From the NCBI GenBank assembly GCA_964016885.1, contig CAXHJY010001255.1, positions 1-64,000 of the forward strand: 64,000 bases of DNA, given 5' to 3'. The notes under the pieces were generated by a model that saw nothing but the letters and a program-made list of their open reading frames with translations, was not told the DNA's origin and ran no database searches. The stretch comes from Eledone cirrhosa. Taxonomy: Eukaryota. Position 1 is the stretch's first letter. Each line of letters starts with the position of its first letter. This document shows positions 1-13,740 of this stretch, piece after piece. The position numbers were made by a program, and so were the translations under genes.

Positions 1-540
1 AATCGGAGGTAACCACAGTAAGTAAGGTACTCAATACATAGCAGAGTATAACAGTTTTAATATAGATGAGATTCTACAGGACTAGAACTGTTTCATTCAT
101 TAGAAATCATCAGGAATCTGGGTATCAAAAAATAAATAAATATGGTATTTATAGGTCTCTACAAGTGGTAGGAGAGGGTGGGGAGTGGGATGGGTGCAGG
201 TCATTGGTTGATAGAGAAGGGAATTCATTAAAGGCTAATTCTACATAGCTATGGTTAATTTATATTTATTTATGTTTTTAGAGTAACAAAGGCAGACAGA
301 ATTCTATAAACAGGTTCCGTATGGCATACCATTCCTTGTCAATAAGTTTCTCTTAAGCTAGCAGATGTCTATAAAATCAGTGGGGGGTCATTCATGCTCG
401 ATAGAATTAAAGAAAAGGGAGATTCTTTAAAAGCTAAAGTCATTAAGTTCTGCTAAGTGACAAAGGTCTAGGGAATTCTGCAGACAGATTCAAAATACTG
501 AGTGCATATCTTACTATTATCTTCGAACTTCTCTTAAACT
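1..540 (-). mobile_element. Non-coding PLE pLTR-like / retrozyme-like repeat carrying a hammerhead
   Basis: Contains a hammerhead at 69-119 (-). 53-280 is the near-perfect reverse complement of 5461-5685. There is a diverged internal duplication (~200-360 vs ~387-540). Confidence 0.6.
69..119 (-). ncRNA. Type I hammerhead ribozyme (minimal, canonical CUGAUGA core)
   Basis: Minus strand reads AGAUUC-CUGAUGA-U UUC UAAU GAA U-GAAA-CAG UUCUAGUC CUG-UA^GAAUCU. Stems I and III pair; the cleavage triplet is GUA. Confidence 0.8.
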
Positions 541-544
541 AATC

Positions 545-864
545 AACAATATGCCAAATCAACAGACACATTCACAAAAAAACAAAAAAAACCCAAAAAA
601 CAAAAAAACAAAAAAACAGAAAAACAAAAAAAAACCACACCTAAAAAAACAAAAAAACACACATACTCACTCACACACTTACGCGCAACCATAAACACAC
701 ACATAAACACATATACACACATAAAAACACACACACATATATAAAAAAAATATATAAATATATACAAATATATATTCATGTACACGCACATACATACACA
801 CATACATACATACATACATATATAAAATACATATACACATATACATACGCACACATATATAATA

Positions 865-940
<76 letters not shown>

Positions 941-1055
941 TATATATATACATACACATATATATATATACACACATACACACACACACACATACATACA
1001 TATACATATATACATACACATATATACACAAATATATATATACATATACATATAC

Positions 1056-1106
<51 letters not shown>

Positions 1107-1227
1107 GATACACACACACATACACATACATACACACATACACAGATATATACACAAATAAATACACTCACACGCATACATACAAACACGAGTATACATA
1201 TGTATAAATATCTATACACACACACAT

Positions 1228-1258
<31 letters not shown>

Positions 1259-1297
1259 CACATACATATACACACATACATACACACACACATACAC

Positions 1298-1328
<31 letters not shown>

Positions 1329-1335
1329 CATATAT

Positions 1336-1378
<43 letters not shown>

Positions 1379-1460
1379 TATGATGGCTGCCCCCTCGTTA
1401 TCGAGTATGGCCATTGCACAATAAAAAAAAAAAAAAAAAAAAAAAATAAAATAATAAAAA

Positions 1461-1510
<50 letters not shown>

Positions 1511-1689
1511 TAAAAAAAAAAAGGGAAAAGATATATATATATATATATATATACATACACACATATATATACACATATATATATATACACACACATATAC
1601 ACACACACATACATACACATACATACATATATACACACACACATACATACACATACACTCACACATATATACACACATACATTAATAAC

Positions 1690-1738
<49 letters not shown>

Positions 1739-1817
1739 GCAATAATAATAATAACGACAACAACAATAATAATATACATATTCATATATATATACACACA
1801 CACGCACGCACATAAGC

Positions 1818-1855
<38 letters not shown>

Positions 1856-1860
1856 GATAG
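545..1860. repeat. Compound (CA)n/(TA)n/(AAT)n/poly-A microsatellite
   Basis: Visible directly; explains the low-complexity ORFs here. Confidence 0.95.
1380..1418 (-). mobile_element. 3' terminus of RTE family (GCCATACTCGATAACGAGG..GCCATCA)
   Basis: The same ~38-nt motif occurs at 21547, 28438 and 54575, always next to TA/CA-rich simple sequence. It lies downstream of the RTE ORF end at 1864. Confidence 0.55.
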
Positions 1861-1863
1861 CAA

Positions 1864-2510
1864 CTAACAGTGCTGCGATCGAATGTGGCTTTTTAGCCCA
1901 GCCAATGATCTAAAATGTCTTGCACAGAGTCGGCAACCAAAACATTTACTGGGAATAGTCGGCTGTGGTTGGAGTTCGTGTACTTTTGCATGTCGCTTGA
2001 GTCCTCCTGCTGATTTACATTCTCTACCACATGTTTGGCAAGCATGATGAGTAGCATCTCCAACAGCAGCCTGGTAGTCAACCACTGGTCTTACTTTATG
2101 ACTGCGAAGATGACTTTCGAGTCCAGCTTTGCTTAGGCAGAGTCTCGCACAGACGCTGCATGTCAGAAACATAGGAGGACCCTCGCCGTCTGGAAGTGCA
2201 ACAGCAATACCCTTCCTCACGTCCCGCTTTACTTTCTCGTGTGCGATTCGAGATGCCTCAAAGGCAACTTTTCCCTCATATACAGTCTTTCTCCATTTAT
2301 TACGATCAGCAGCAATATTTTCCCATGTATCAGCAGAGATGTTAGCGTCTCTCAGAGAGGCTTTCAAGGAATCCTTATACCTCTTTTTTGGTTTATGTGG
2401 CGGTCGTTTTCCTTTAACCAACTCTCCATAGAAGAGTTGTTTTGGTATTCTAGAATCCTTCATCCTGGCAAGGTGACCACTCCAACGGAGTCGCTGCTTA
2501 AGCACAAGAG
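1864..2510 (-). mobile_element. 5'-truncated RTE-clade LINE, ORF C-terminus with three C2H2 zinc fingers
   Basis: [37 protein letters not shown] and WE..AADR.KWR are RTE C-terminal motifs. They are followed by three CxxC..HxxxH fingers and a stop. Confidence 0.85.
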
Positions 2511-2600
2511 CTTATACATATATATACACATATACATACATACACACACACATATACATACATATATATATCTCCCTATACACACACATACAAATACACA

Positions 2601-2644
<44 letters not shown>

Positions 2645-2824
2645 TATACACATATATATATATATATCCATACATACACAAACATACACATGCATACACA
2701 GACCTATACATAAATATACACATATATATACAGAGATATAACGCACATATACACACACATATATACATACACACATAAACATATATATATATATATATAT
2801 ACACACACGCATACACACACACAT

Positions 2825-2866
<42 letters not shown>

Positions 2867-2937
2867 GCGTGCATACACACATACACACACCCACACACAA
2901 AATATATATACACACACACATTCTCTCTCTCATGCAC

Positions 2938-3003
<66 letters not shown>

Positions 3004-3243
3004 ATATACACAGACACATACAGATACATACATACACACACATACACATACACATATACATACATATATATATATATATATACATATATATACTTATATA
3101 TATACACGCATGCATATACACACACACATACATATACATACACATACATACATACACACACACACATATATGTACATATACACTCACAAATACACACACA
3201 TACACACATATATACATATACATACACACAAACACATACATAT

Positions 3244-3298
<55 letters not shown>

Positions 3299-3373
3299 CA
3301 CACATATACACACATACGCACACGCACACGCATATATATATATATATATATATATACATACACATACATATAC

Positions 3374-3424
<51 letters not shown>

Positions 3425-3597
3425 TACACATATATATATATATACACATACATATACACACATATATACACATATATACATACATACACACAAATACACA
3501 CACACACACACATACAAACATACATATACATACATATACATACACATATACATACACATACATATACATACACATACATATATATACACATATATAT

Positions 3598-3640
<43 letters not shown>

Positions 3641-3654
3641 TACACACACACACA

Positions 3655-3688
<34 letters not shown>

Positions 3689-3782
3689 CAGACACATACA
3701 AACATATACCTGCATAAATATACACACATAAAACACGTATTCACACAAACATATATATATATATACACATATATACACATAT

Positions 3783-3835
<53 letters not shown>

Positions 3836-3842
3836 AATATAT

Positions 3843-3889
<47 letters not shown>

Positions 3890-3960
3890 CACATACATAT
3901 ATATATACACACACAACACATACACATATACACATATACAAACAAATATATACACATACA
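2511..3960. repeat. (CA)n/(TA)n compound microsatellite
   Basis: Visible directly. Confidence 0.95.
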
Positions 3961-4138
3961 AGTAAATAGGTACTCAATAAATATACGCATATACACAGGC
4001 ACATAAAGACACCTCTACAGGCAGAAAAAGTAGATACAAAAGAGGTACTCACATGACCATAGTGGCCGTATTTCAGGTTGAGGAGGGGTGGGGGTAGGGT
4101 GGGGAGGAGGTATAGGGGCCAATAGGGGGAGGTCGTTT

Positions 4139-5458
4139 TTAGCCATCGGGCTTTAACACTGGCTTAAAGTGTTTGAATGTTGCAAAGTTCTTGTGCATGC
4201 AGTTCGGGCAGTGTTCAGAGAGTTTGTTCAGTAGCGGGCCCTTGGCGAATAAAATTTCGTAACTCTCTGAAATACAAAGGTCGCAGCCCTTGTGTCCTCC
4301 GTCGTAAGAGCGCGCTTTCTGGAGTATTTTCCAATTAAGCGTGAAGGGGGTGGAGTTCCTTTTGAGGTCCCAAACGTAGGAGGCGAGTGTTGTTTGGTTT
4401 GATTTATCCGGTCTTCTGAAGGAGTGGGTATGGGCATACCAGCGGGTCTTAAAGGTGTTGGAGGTCATGCCGATGTAAGTTTTTTTGCAATCCTCGGTGC
4501 CCGAGATGACATCGCATTTGTATACGATGTCGTTTGTGAGGCATTTGTTTTGTAGTGGGCATGTTTCCTTATTTAGGCAATTACATAGAGCCCCAGTCCG
4601 GGGATTGGTTTCGGAGGTGGTTGGCTTATTTAGTTTAGAGTTGTGGTTGGCTATATTCCTAGCTAGGTTAGGTGTGGTGGAGTAAGACAGTCTTATAGTG
4701 TTCTTATTAAAGATGGTGTAGTACCTATGTTGTATGGGGAAGTGTAATTTCAGTAAAGTGAAGAAAATCCTAGCTATCGGAGTAGATACCTCTCTATTGA
4801 AGGGAGGGTTGTACCAGCTAATCTGCCTATGTCTATTCCTCCTCTGCAATTTTGCGGTGGTTTCTAGGTAAGTTATCTTATCTTTAAATCCGCTACGGGC
4901 TAGGGCGTCATTGTAGTAGGAGACAGATGCATTAAAAATATCTTTGTTGGCGGAGAGGCCAGATATTCTAATAGAGACGCTTTTTACTAGGTTATCAGTA
5001 ATGTTTTGGGGGTGGTTTGAATTAACATTAATATATTTAAGGGACTCGTTAGGTTTGTGGTACGGGTAATAGAGGGAAGTATCTAGGTCGAGAGTGACAT
5101 CTAAGAAGTTGGCCCTAGTCAAATTTGAATCTATAGTTATACTAAATCCTAGATTAGAGAAGAAAGAGCTTAAGTTTTTCCGAAACCCATCGGTGGTTCT
5201 GGGGCTAACCTTATGCAGGGCGAAGAGGCCGTCGTCTCGGTATAAACCTCCAGTAAGGCCGGTAAAGAGGTTCTTCAGGTTATGTAGGATGTACAGGCCC
5301 ACAAGGTCGCTAATTTCAGCCGAGTCACTCGCCCCCATGCTAACGTCAAATGGGGTCTGAGATTTCTTGTTGATCCAGTAAGATCCATCGTGGTATAGAA
5401 AGGTCTTACGAGCGTGGAGGATAATAACTTGCTCGGCATCGGTAATGGTGGTAAAATT
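4139..5458 (-). mobile_element. Penelope-like element (Naiad-type), 3' half: RT motifs B-E plus GIY-YIG endonuclease
   Basis: FDVSMGASDSAEISDLVGLYIL, GLYRDDG, NFLDVTLDL, YINVNSNHP, ISWYNPPF, NCLNKETCPLQNKC, IVYKC..KTYIGMT..FKTRWYAH, CDLCISE, LLNKLSE..CMH. The reading frame is open from ~5458 to the stop at 4139. Confidence 0.92.
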
Positions 5459-5460
5459 AT

Positions 5461-5685
5461 AAAAAACATAAATAAATATAAATTAACCATAGCTATGTAG
5501 AATTAGCCTTTAATGAATTCCCTTCTCTATCAACCAATGACCTGCACCCATCCCACTCCCCACCCTCTCCTACCACTTGTAGAGACCTATAAATACCATA
5601 TTTATTTTTTGATACCCAGATTCCTGATGATTTCTAATGAATGAAACAGTTCTAGTCCTGTAGAATCTCATCTATATTAAAACTA
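5461..5685 (+). repeat. Inverted copy of 53-280 (pLTR-like) abutting the 5' break of the PLE ORF
   Basis: Reverse-complement match to 53-280 with one small indel in an A/T run. Confidence 0.9.
5618..5668 (+). ncRNA. Type I hammerhead ribozyme (identical to 69-119)
   Basis: AGATTC CTGATGA TTTCTAATGAAT GAAA CAG TTCTAGTC CTG TA GAATCT. Confidence 0.8.
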
Positions 5686-5813
5686 TATATAATATATATA
5701 TATATAATATATATATATATAATATATATATAATATATATATATATATAATATATATATATATATAATATATATATATATAATATATATATATATATAAT
5801 ATATATATATATA

Positions 5814-5854
<41 letters not shown>

Positions 5855-6283
5855 TATATATAATATATATATATATAATATATATATATAATATATATAT
5901 ATAATATATATATATAATATATATATATAATATATAATATATATATAATATATATATATATAATATATAATATATATATAATATATATAATATATATATA
6001 TAATATATATAATATATATATATAATATATATATATATAATAAATATAATATATATATATAATATATATATACATAATATATATAATATGTATATATAAT
6101 ATATATAAATATATATAATATACATATATATATATATAATATATTTAATATATAATATATATATATATATAATATATATATATATATAATATATATAATA
6201 TATATATATATAATATATATATATAATATATATATATGTATATAATATATATAATATATATATATAATATATATATATATATA

Positions 6284-6418
6284 ATACAGGGCGGTGCCCC
6301 AGCATGGCCTCAGCCGGATGTCTGAAACAGGTAAAAGAGAATATATAATATATATAATATATATATATAATATATATATATATATAATATATATATATAT
6401 TATATAATATATATATAT

Positions 6419-6449
<31 letters not shown>

Positions 6450-6504
6450 ATAAATATATATTATACATATAATATATATATATATATATAATATATATAT
6501 ATTA

Positions 6505-6544
<40 letters not shown>

Positions 6545-7427
6545 TATATTATACATATAATATATATATATATATATAATATATATATATAATATATATA
6601 TATATATAATATATATAATATATATAATATATATATATAATATATCATCATCATCATCATCATCATCAACGTTTAACGTCCGTGTTCCACGCTTGCATGG
6701 GTTTGGACGGGGGTAGTCCCACTTGAGGCAAGAGTGATTGTCTTGCTCGCATAGGACTGTCTGGCAGGTTTTCTACAGTTGGATGCCCTTCCTAACACCA
6801 ACCACATTTACAGTGTGGGTCTGGGAGGTTTTTACCGTGTTGCCTACACGGCCACATTACAGCGTGGACTGTGTGTTTTTTTGTCGTGACACCTACACGA
6901 TCTCATTTGTTTCGGCCTGGATGGCGCGGCACCAACATAACTTTGCATAGAACGGGGTGGTGTGGATGGGGTGGGGGTGGTGGCGGGACGGGGTGTATTT
7001 TGTTAGAGATGCCTACTGGCAAGGCGGGTCTTCTCTGTTACTGAGTACCGCCAAAGGTCACGGTCCAGTGACATTGTCTTGGAGAGGTGTAAGTGTGTGA
7101 GGTCGGAGTTTATCAGCTCATCCCATGTTTTTCTAGGTCTGCCTATTCCGTGGCTACCGTCTATCTTTATTGCCCTGCACTTTGTAATACAGCTATCGAC
7201 TTTCATGCGCATCACGTGTCCATACCAACGCAGCCTTCTCTCGAGTAAACAACATCTGATCCCTCTTATCTCTAATTTTTTCCTTATATATATATATATA
7301 ATAATTTTTTTTCCTTATATATATATATAATAATTTCCTATATATATATATAATACAGGGCGGTGCCCCAGCATGGCCTCAGCCGGATGGCTGAAACAGG
7401 TAAAAGAGAATATATAATATATATAAT

Positions 7428-7461
<34 letters not shown>

Positions 7462-7672
7462 ATATATATATATAATATATATAATATATATATATAATAT
7501 ATATAATATATATATAATATATATAATATATATAATATATATATATATAATATATATTTATATATAATATATATATATATTATATAATATATATATATTA
7601 TATATATAATATATATATATATATAATATATATATATTATACATATAATATATATATAATATATATATATTA

Positions 7673-7703
<31 letters not shown>

Positions 7704-7871
7704 ATATATATATATTATACATATAATATATATATATATATAATATATATATATATATAATATATATATATATATAATATATATAATATATATATATAAT
7801 ATATATATATATATAATACAGGGCGGTGCCCCAGCATGGCCTCAGCCGGATGGCTGAAACAGGTAAAAGAG

Positions 7872-7904
<33 letters not shown>

Positions 7905-7969
7905 ACATATATATATATATAATATATATATATATATAATATATATATATATATAATATATATATATAT

Positions 7970-8002
<33 letters not shown>

Positions 8003-8582
8003 ATATATATATATATAATATATATATAATATATATATATATATAATATATATATATATATAATATATATATAATATATATAATATATATATAATATATA
8101 TATATATAATATATATAATATATATATATATATATAATATATATATATATATAATATATATATATAATATATATATATAATATATATAATATATATATAT
8201 AATATATATAATATATATATATAATATATATATATATATAATATATATAATATATATATATATAATATATATATATAATATATAATATATATATAATATA
8301 TATAATATATATATATATATAATATATATATATAATATATATATATATAATATATATAATATGTATATATAATATATATATATATATATAATATATATAT
8401 ATAATATATATAATATATAATATATATATATATATATAATATATATATAATATATATAATATATATATATAATATATATATATAATATATATATATATAT
8501 AATATATATATATAATATATATAATACAGGGCGGTGCCCCAGCATGGCCTCAGCCGGATGGCTGAAACAGGTAAAAGAGAAT
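6284..8582 (+). repeat. Four copies of a ~58-bp SINE 3'-tail fragment (6284, 7352, 7816, 8523)
   Basis: AATACAGGGCGGTGCCCCAGCATGGCCTCAGCCGGATG(G/T)CTGAAACAGGTAAAAGAGAA is repeated nearly identically. The SINE origin is inferred from resemblance to cephalopod SINE tails. Confidence 0.75.
6645..7285 (-). mobile_element. 5'-truncated RTE LINE 3' end with (GAT)n tail
   Basis: Nearly identical to 55138-55769; encodes RLRWYGHVMRM...DRDLWR. A (CAT)n run lies at 6645 on the + strand. Confidence 0.9.
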
Positions 8583-8711
8583 ATATAATATATATAATAT
8601 AAATATATAATATATATATATATATATATAATATATATATATAATATATAATATATATATAATATATATATATAATATATAATATATATATAATATATAT
8701 ATATAATATAT

Positions 8712-8742
<31 letters not shown>

Positions 8743-8999
8743 ATATACATAATATATAATATATATATATAATATATATAATATATAAAATATATATAAT
8801 ATATATATATAATATATATATATATATAATATATATATATAATATATATATAATATATATATATAATATATATATATATATAATATATATATATAATATA
8901 TATAATATATATATATATATATATAATATATATAATATATATATATAATATATATAATATATATATATAATATATATATATATATAATATATATATATA

Positions 9000-9040
<41 letters not shown>

Positions 9041-9067
9041 TATATATAATATATATATATATAATAT

Positions 9068-9098
<31 letters not shown>

Positions 9099-9136
9099 TA
9101 TATATATAATATATATATATATATATTATATATATA

Positions 9137-9168
<32 letters not shown>

Positions 9169-9306
9169 ATATATATTATATATATATATATATTATATAT
9201 ATATATATTATATATATATATATATTATATATATATATATATTATATATATATATTATATATATATATATTATATATATATATATATATTATATATATAT
9301 ATATAT

Positions 9307-9338
<32 letters not shown>

Positions 9339-9548
9339 ATTATATATATATATATTATATAACATACATATATATATAATATATATATATATAATATATA
9401 TATATATTATATATAACATACATATATATATAATATATATATATATAATATATATATATATATAATATATATATATATTATATATAACATACATATATAT
9501 ATAATATATATATATATAATATATATATATATATTATATATAACATAC

Positions 9549-9580
<32 letters not shown>

Positions 9581-9689
9581 ATATATATAACATATATATG
9601 TATGTTATATATATATATATATATAATATATATGTTATATATATGTTACATTTATAAATATAAATATATTATATAAATATATATAAATA

Positions 9690-10875
<1,186 letters not shown>

Positions 10876-10916
10876 TTTAAAAAAAAAAAAGAAGAAAAAA
10901 AAGAAAGAAAAAAAAA

Positions 10917-11015
10917 GGGGTCTTACTTGTTCCTATTACCCACTCTACTTCCCTAAGTATTGAGTACTTTGGTGCGTTATGATCCACCTGGTTCCTTACC
11001 ACATTTCCTTTGTTA
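10917..11015 (+). repeat. Second pLTR fragment, direct repeat of 9919-10010
   Basis: GGGGTCTTACTTGTTCCTATTACCCACTC...GGTTCCTTACCACATTTCCTT follows an A-rich tract; also matches 58186-58280 (-). Confidence 0.85.
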
Positions 11016-11497
11016 TATATATATATATATATAAAACATATGTTATATATATATATATATATATATGTATGTTATATATATATATAACATATGTTATATA
11101 TATATATATAACATGTTATATATATATATATATAACATATATATATATGTTATATATAACATATATATATATGTTATATATATGTTATATATATATGTTA
11201 TATATATATGTTATATATATATGTTATATATATAATATATATATGTTATATATATATGTTATATATATATGTTATATATATAATATATACGTTATATATA
11301 TAATATATACGTTATATATATATATATATATGTTATATATATATGTATTATATATTATATATATATGTATTATATATATATATGTTATATATATATAATA
11401 TATACGTTATATATATATATATATGTGTTATATATATATATATATATATGTTATATATATATGTATTATATATATATATATTATATATATATAATAT

Positions 11498-11528
<31 letters not shown>

Positions 11529-11670
11529 GTTATATATATATAATATATATATATATATATGTTATATATATATATAATATATATATATATTATATATATA
11601 TATGTTATATATATATATATATATGTTATATATATATAATATATATATATATTATATATATATATGTTAT

Positions 11671-11701
<31 letters not shown>

Positions 11702-11962
11702 GTTATATATATATAATATATATATATATATATGTTATATATATATATAATATATATATATATTATATATATATATGTTATATATATATATATATATGTT
11801 ATATATATATAATATATATATATATTATATATATATATGTTATATATATATATGTTATATATATATATAATATATATATATATATTTTATATATATATGT
11901 TATATATATATATAATATATATATATATATTTTATATATAATATATATATATATATATATTT

Positions 11963-12004
<42 letters not shown>

Positions 12005-12005
12005 T

Positions 12006-12042
<37 letters not shown>

Positions 12043-12045
12043 GTA
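11016..12045. repeat. (TA)n microsatellite with ATGTT interruptions
   Basis: Visible directly. Confidence 0.95.
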
Positions 12046-12113
12046 TTATCATCATCACCGTTTTACGTCCGTTCTTCCACGCTAGCATGGGTTAGACGGA
12101 TAATATATTATAT

Positions 12114-13155
12114 ACTAGCAGTGGTACCCGGCGTTGCATGGGATGAGGTATTTTGGAACGCGGGCCGCCAACAGACCTCATCGTTGAAAAACTGCATGCC
12201 TGGACAATATGTAAAGAAAATAAACTGATGCAATTAGTATTAGGTATGCTTCTCCTTTCACGTAGAGAAAAATCGGCTTGGTGCTTTTGTATTTTAATAA
12301 AGTGGCATGAGTCAGCAGGACAGATGTCACCACTTATGTCAGAGGGAAGTCTGCAATGCTTGAGCAAGGCATGACGTGTAATCGGACAGCATGTGGAGCC
12401 TTCTCGAAGGAGTCCACCGCACCTTAGTAAGTAAACGCAACTGGACAAACGTTTACCAAACTGTGGGTATAATTTAACAAATTTAAAGAGGAATGGTGCA
12501 ATAAAATGGGCACCGAGGCGTGTGCGTGTTCACTGGCAGCCCTAAATGAAAGGGCCCTTAAAAGGGCCTTGTAAGCCGTTCACTGACACTCCAGTAAGGA
12601 GGGGTAACCATCAACAATTTCAACTGGTGGCCCTAAAAAGGGCTATGTGAACGTTCACTTGTAGCCCTTAATAGTGACTTTGACTGCGATCTCTGACATT
12701 TGGAGGAGGGTGTTACGGTTGCTTCCACTGGTAGCCTTTAGAATGAATCAGAATGCATTCGCGACCCCTTTAACAGCCATACATTGACGCGCCAAGTGCG
12801 ATGCAGACAGCCAATCATACAGACAGATATTATAAGGGCACGTTCTGGATGAAGAGGGAATTGTAGGAAGTGACGTAATGCAGACAGCCAGACATACAGA
12901 CAGACAGATATAAGGGCGCGGCGTTATATGTATGTATTTATCTAAAAAGAGAAAGACTAAGAATTATAGAGAGAGATTGCTAAATCGCCTAATGTGGCCC
13001 CTAGGGCATTGAAAATTTGAAATTTCCCTGAAACCTCCCTGAAACCTAAGTATTACATGTGTAAAGTTTGAAAACAGTCGATTTGGTGGTTCTCGAGTTT
13101 TAGGGATTCAAACTCACACACACAGACAGACATCCTCAGTTTTATATATATAGAT
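12114..13155 (+). mobile_element. Non-autonomous Helentron/DINE-like (rolling-circle-associated) element
   Basis: 5' ACTAGC..CCCGGCGTTGCATGGG hairpin; 3' (CA)n-ACAGAC..TTTTATATATATAGAT. The same shell occurs at 22376 and 33490. Confidence 0.6.
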
Positions 13156-13220
13156 AAGTGATATATTTTATCTGTTACTCTTGAATGATTTGTATTGATA
13201 TTGTATTAATCATTTTGGAG

Positions 13221-13337
13221 TTTAATTAAACTCTGATGACACCTATAGTTTATGCTAACTAATAGCAAATTGATAAATAAAATAATTTGCTGTCTGTGGT
13301 ATATTCCTATGGGAAGAAACAATTGTCAGTGATTAAA
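13221..13337 (+). ncRNA. Type I hammerhead ribozyme with long stem II (possibly decayed)
   Basis: TTAATTAAACT-CTGATGA (13233)..CCTATAG/CTATGGG..GAAA-CAATTG-TC^AGTGATTAA; palindromic stem III ACAATTGT. Confidence 0.6.
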
Positions 13338-13464
13338 TGTCTTGAACTTTTAATTTTAGTTTATAAGCATATTGTAACTATATACTGGCTCTGCTTGATC
13401 ATATAGCATTCAGCTAAAATACACATAGTAAATGAGTAAAATTTACTCTCACTAATATTATATG

Positions 13465-13740
13465 GCTATGGAAACAGCAGTTGGAATCAAGTGGACTGAG
13501 AGTGAACATAGGTAAGACAAAAGTGTTGATAAGTAGAAAAGAGGACAAAACTGATTCCATCAGGGAAATGGCCATGTTGGATATGTAGAAAAAGAACTGG
13601 CATAAATTCTATAAAATGTACGCAATGCAGATCTTGGGTACACAAGAGATATAGTGGGATAGCAGGCAAACTAACAGCTAGGGAAAACTATGTATGCAGT
13701 AGATATACAGGTAAAGTTGACAGTAGTAATTGCAGTGATA
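13465..13740 (+). pseudogene. RTE RT fragment (PHD-like finger region), decayed
   Basis: GLRVNIGKTKVLISRK..SGKWPCWICRK..CTQCRSWVHKR; similar to 29130-29400 (-). Confidence 0.75.

Noticed and set aside
4085-4130. G-quadruplex-like tracts just past the PLE and RTE stop codons (also ~6954 and ~55439)
   Set aside because: The G-rich strand is antisense to the elements and such tracts are common; no further support.
4139-5458. Possible selenocysteine recoding, as reported for some Naiad elements
   Set aside because: No in-frame TGA in this ORF segment, the Cys positions are ordinary Cys, and no SECIS was recognised.
6284-8582. CRISPR-like array (constant repeat with spacers)
   Set aside because: The spacers are variable-length TA microsatellite, there are no cas genes, and the context is eukaryotic.
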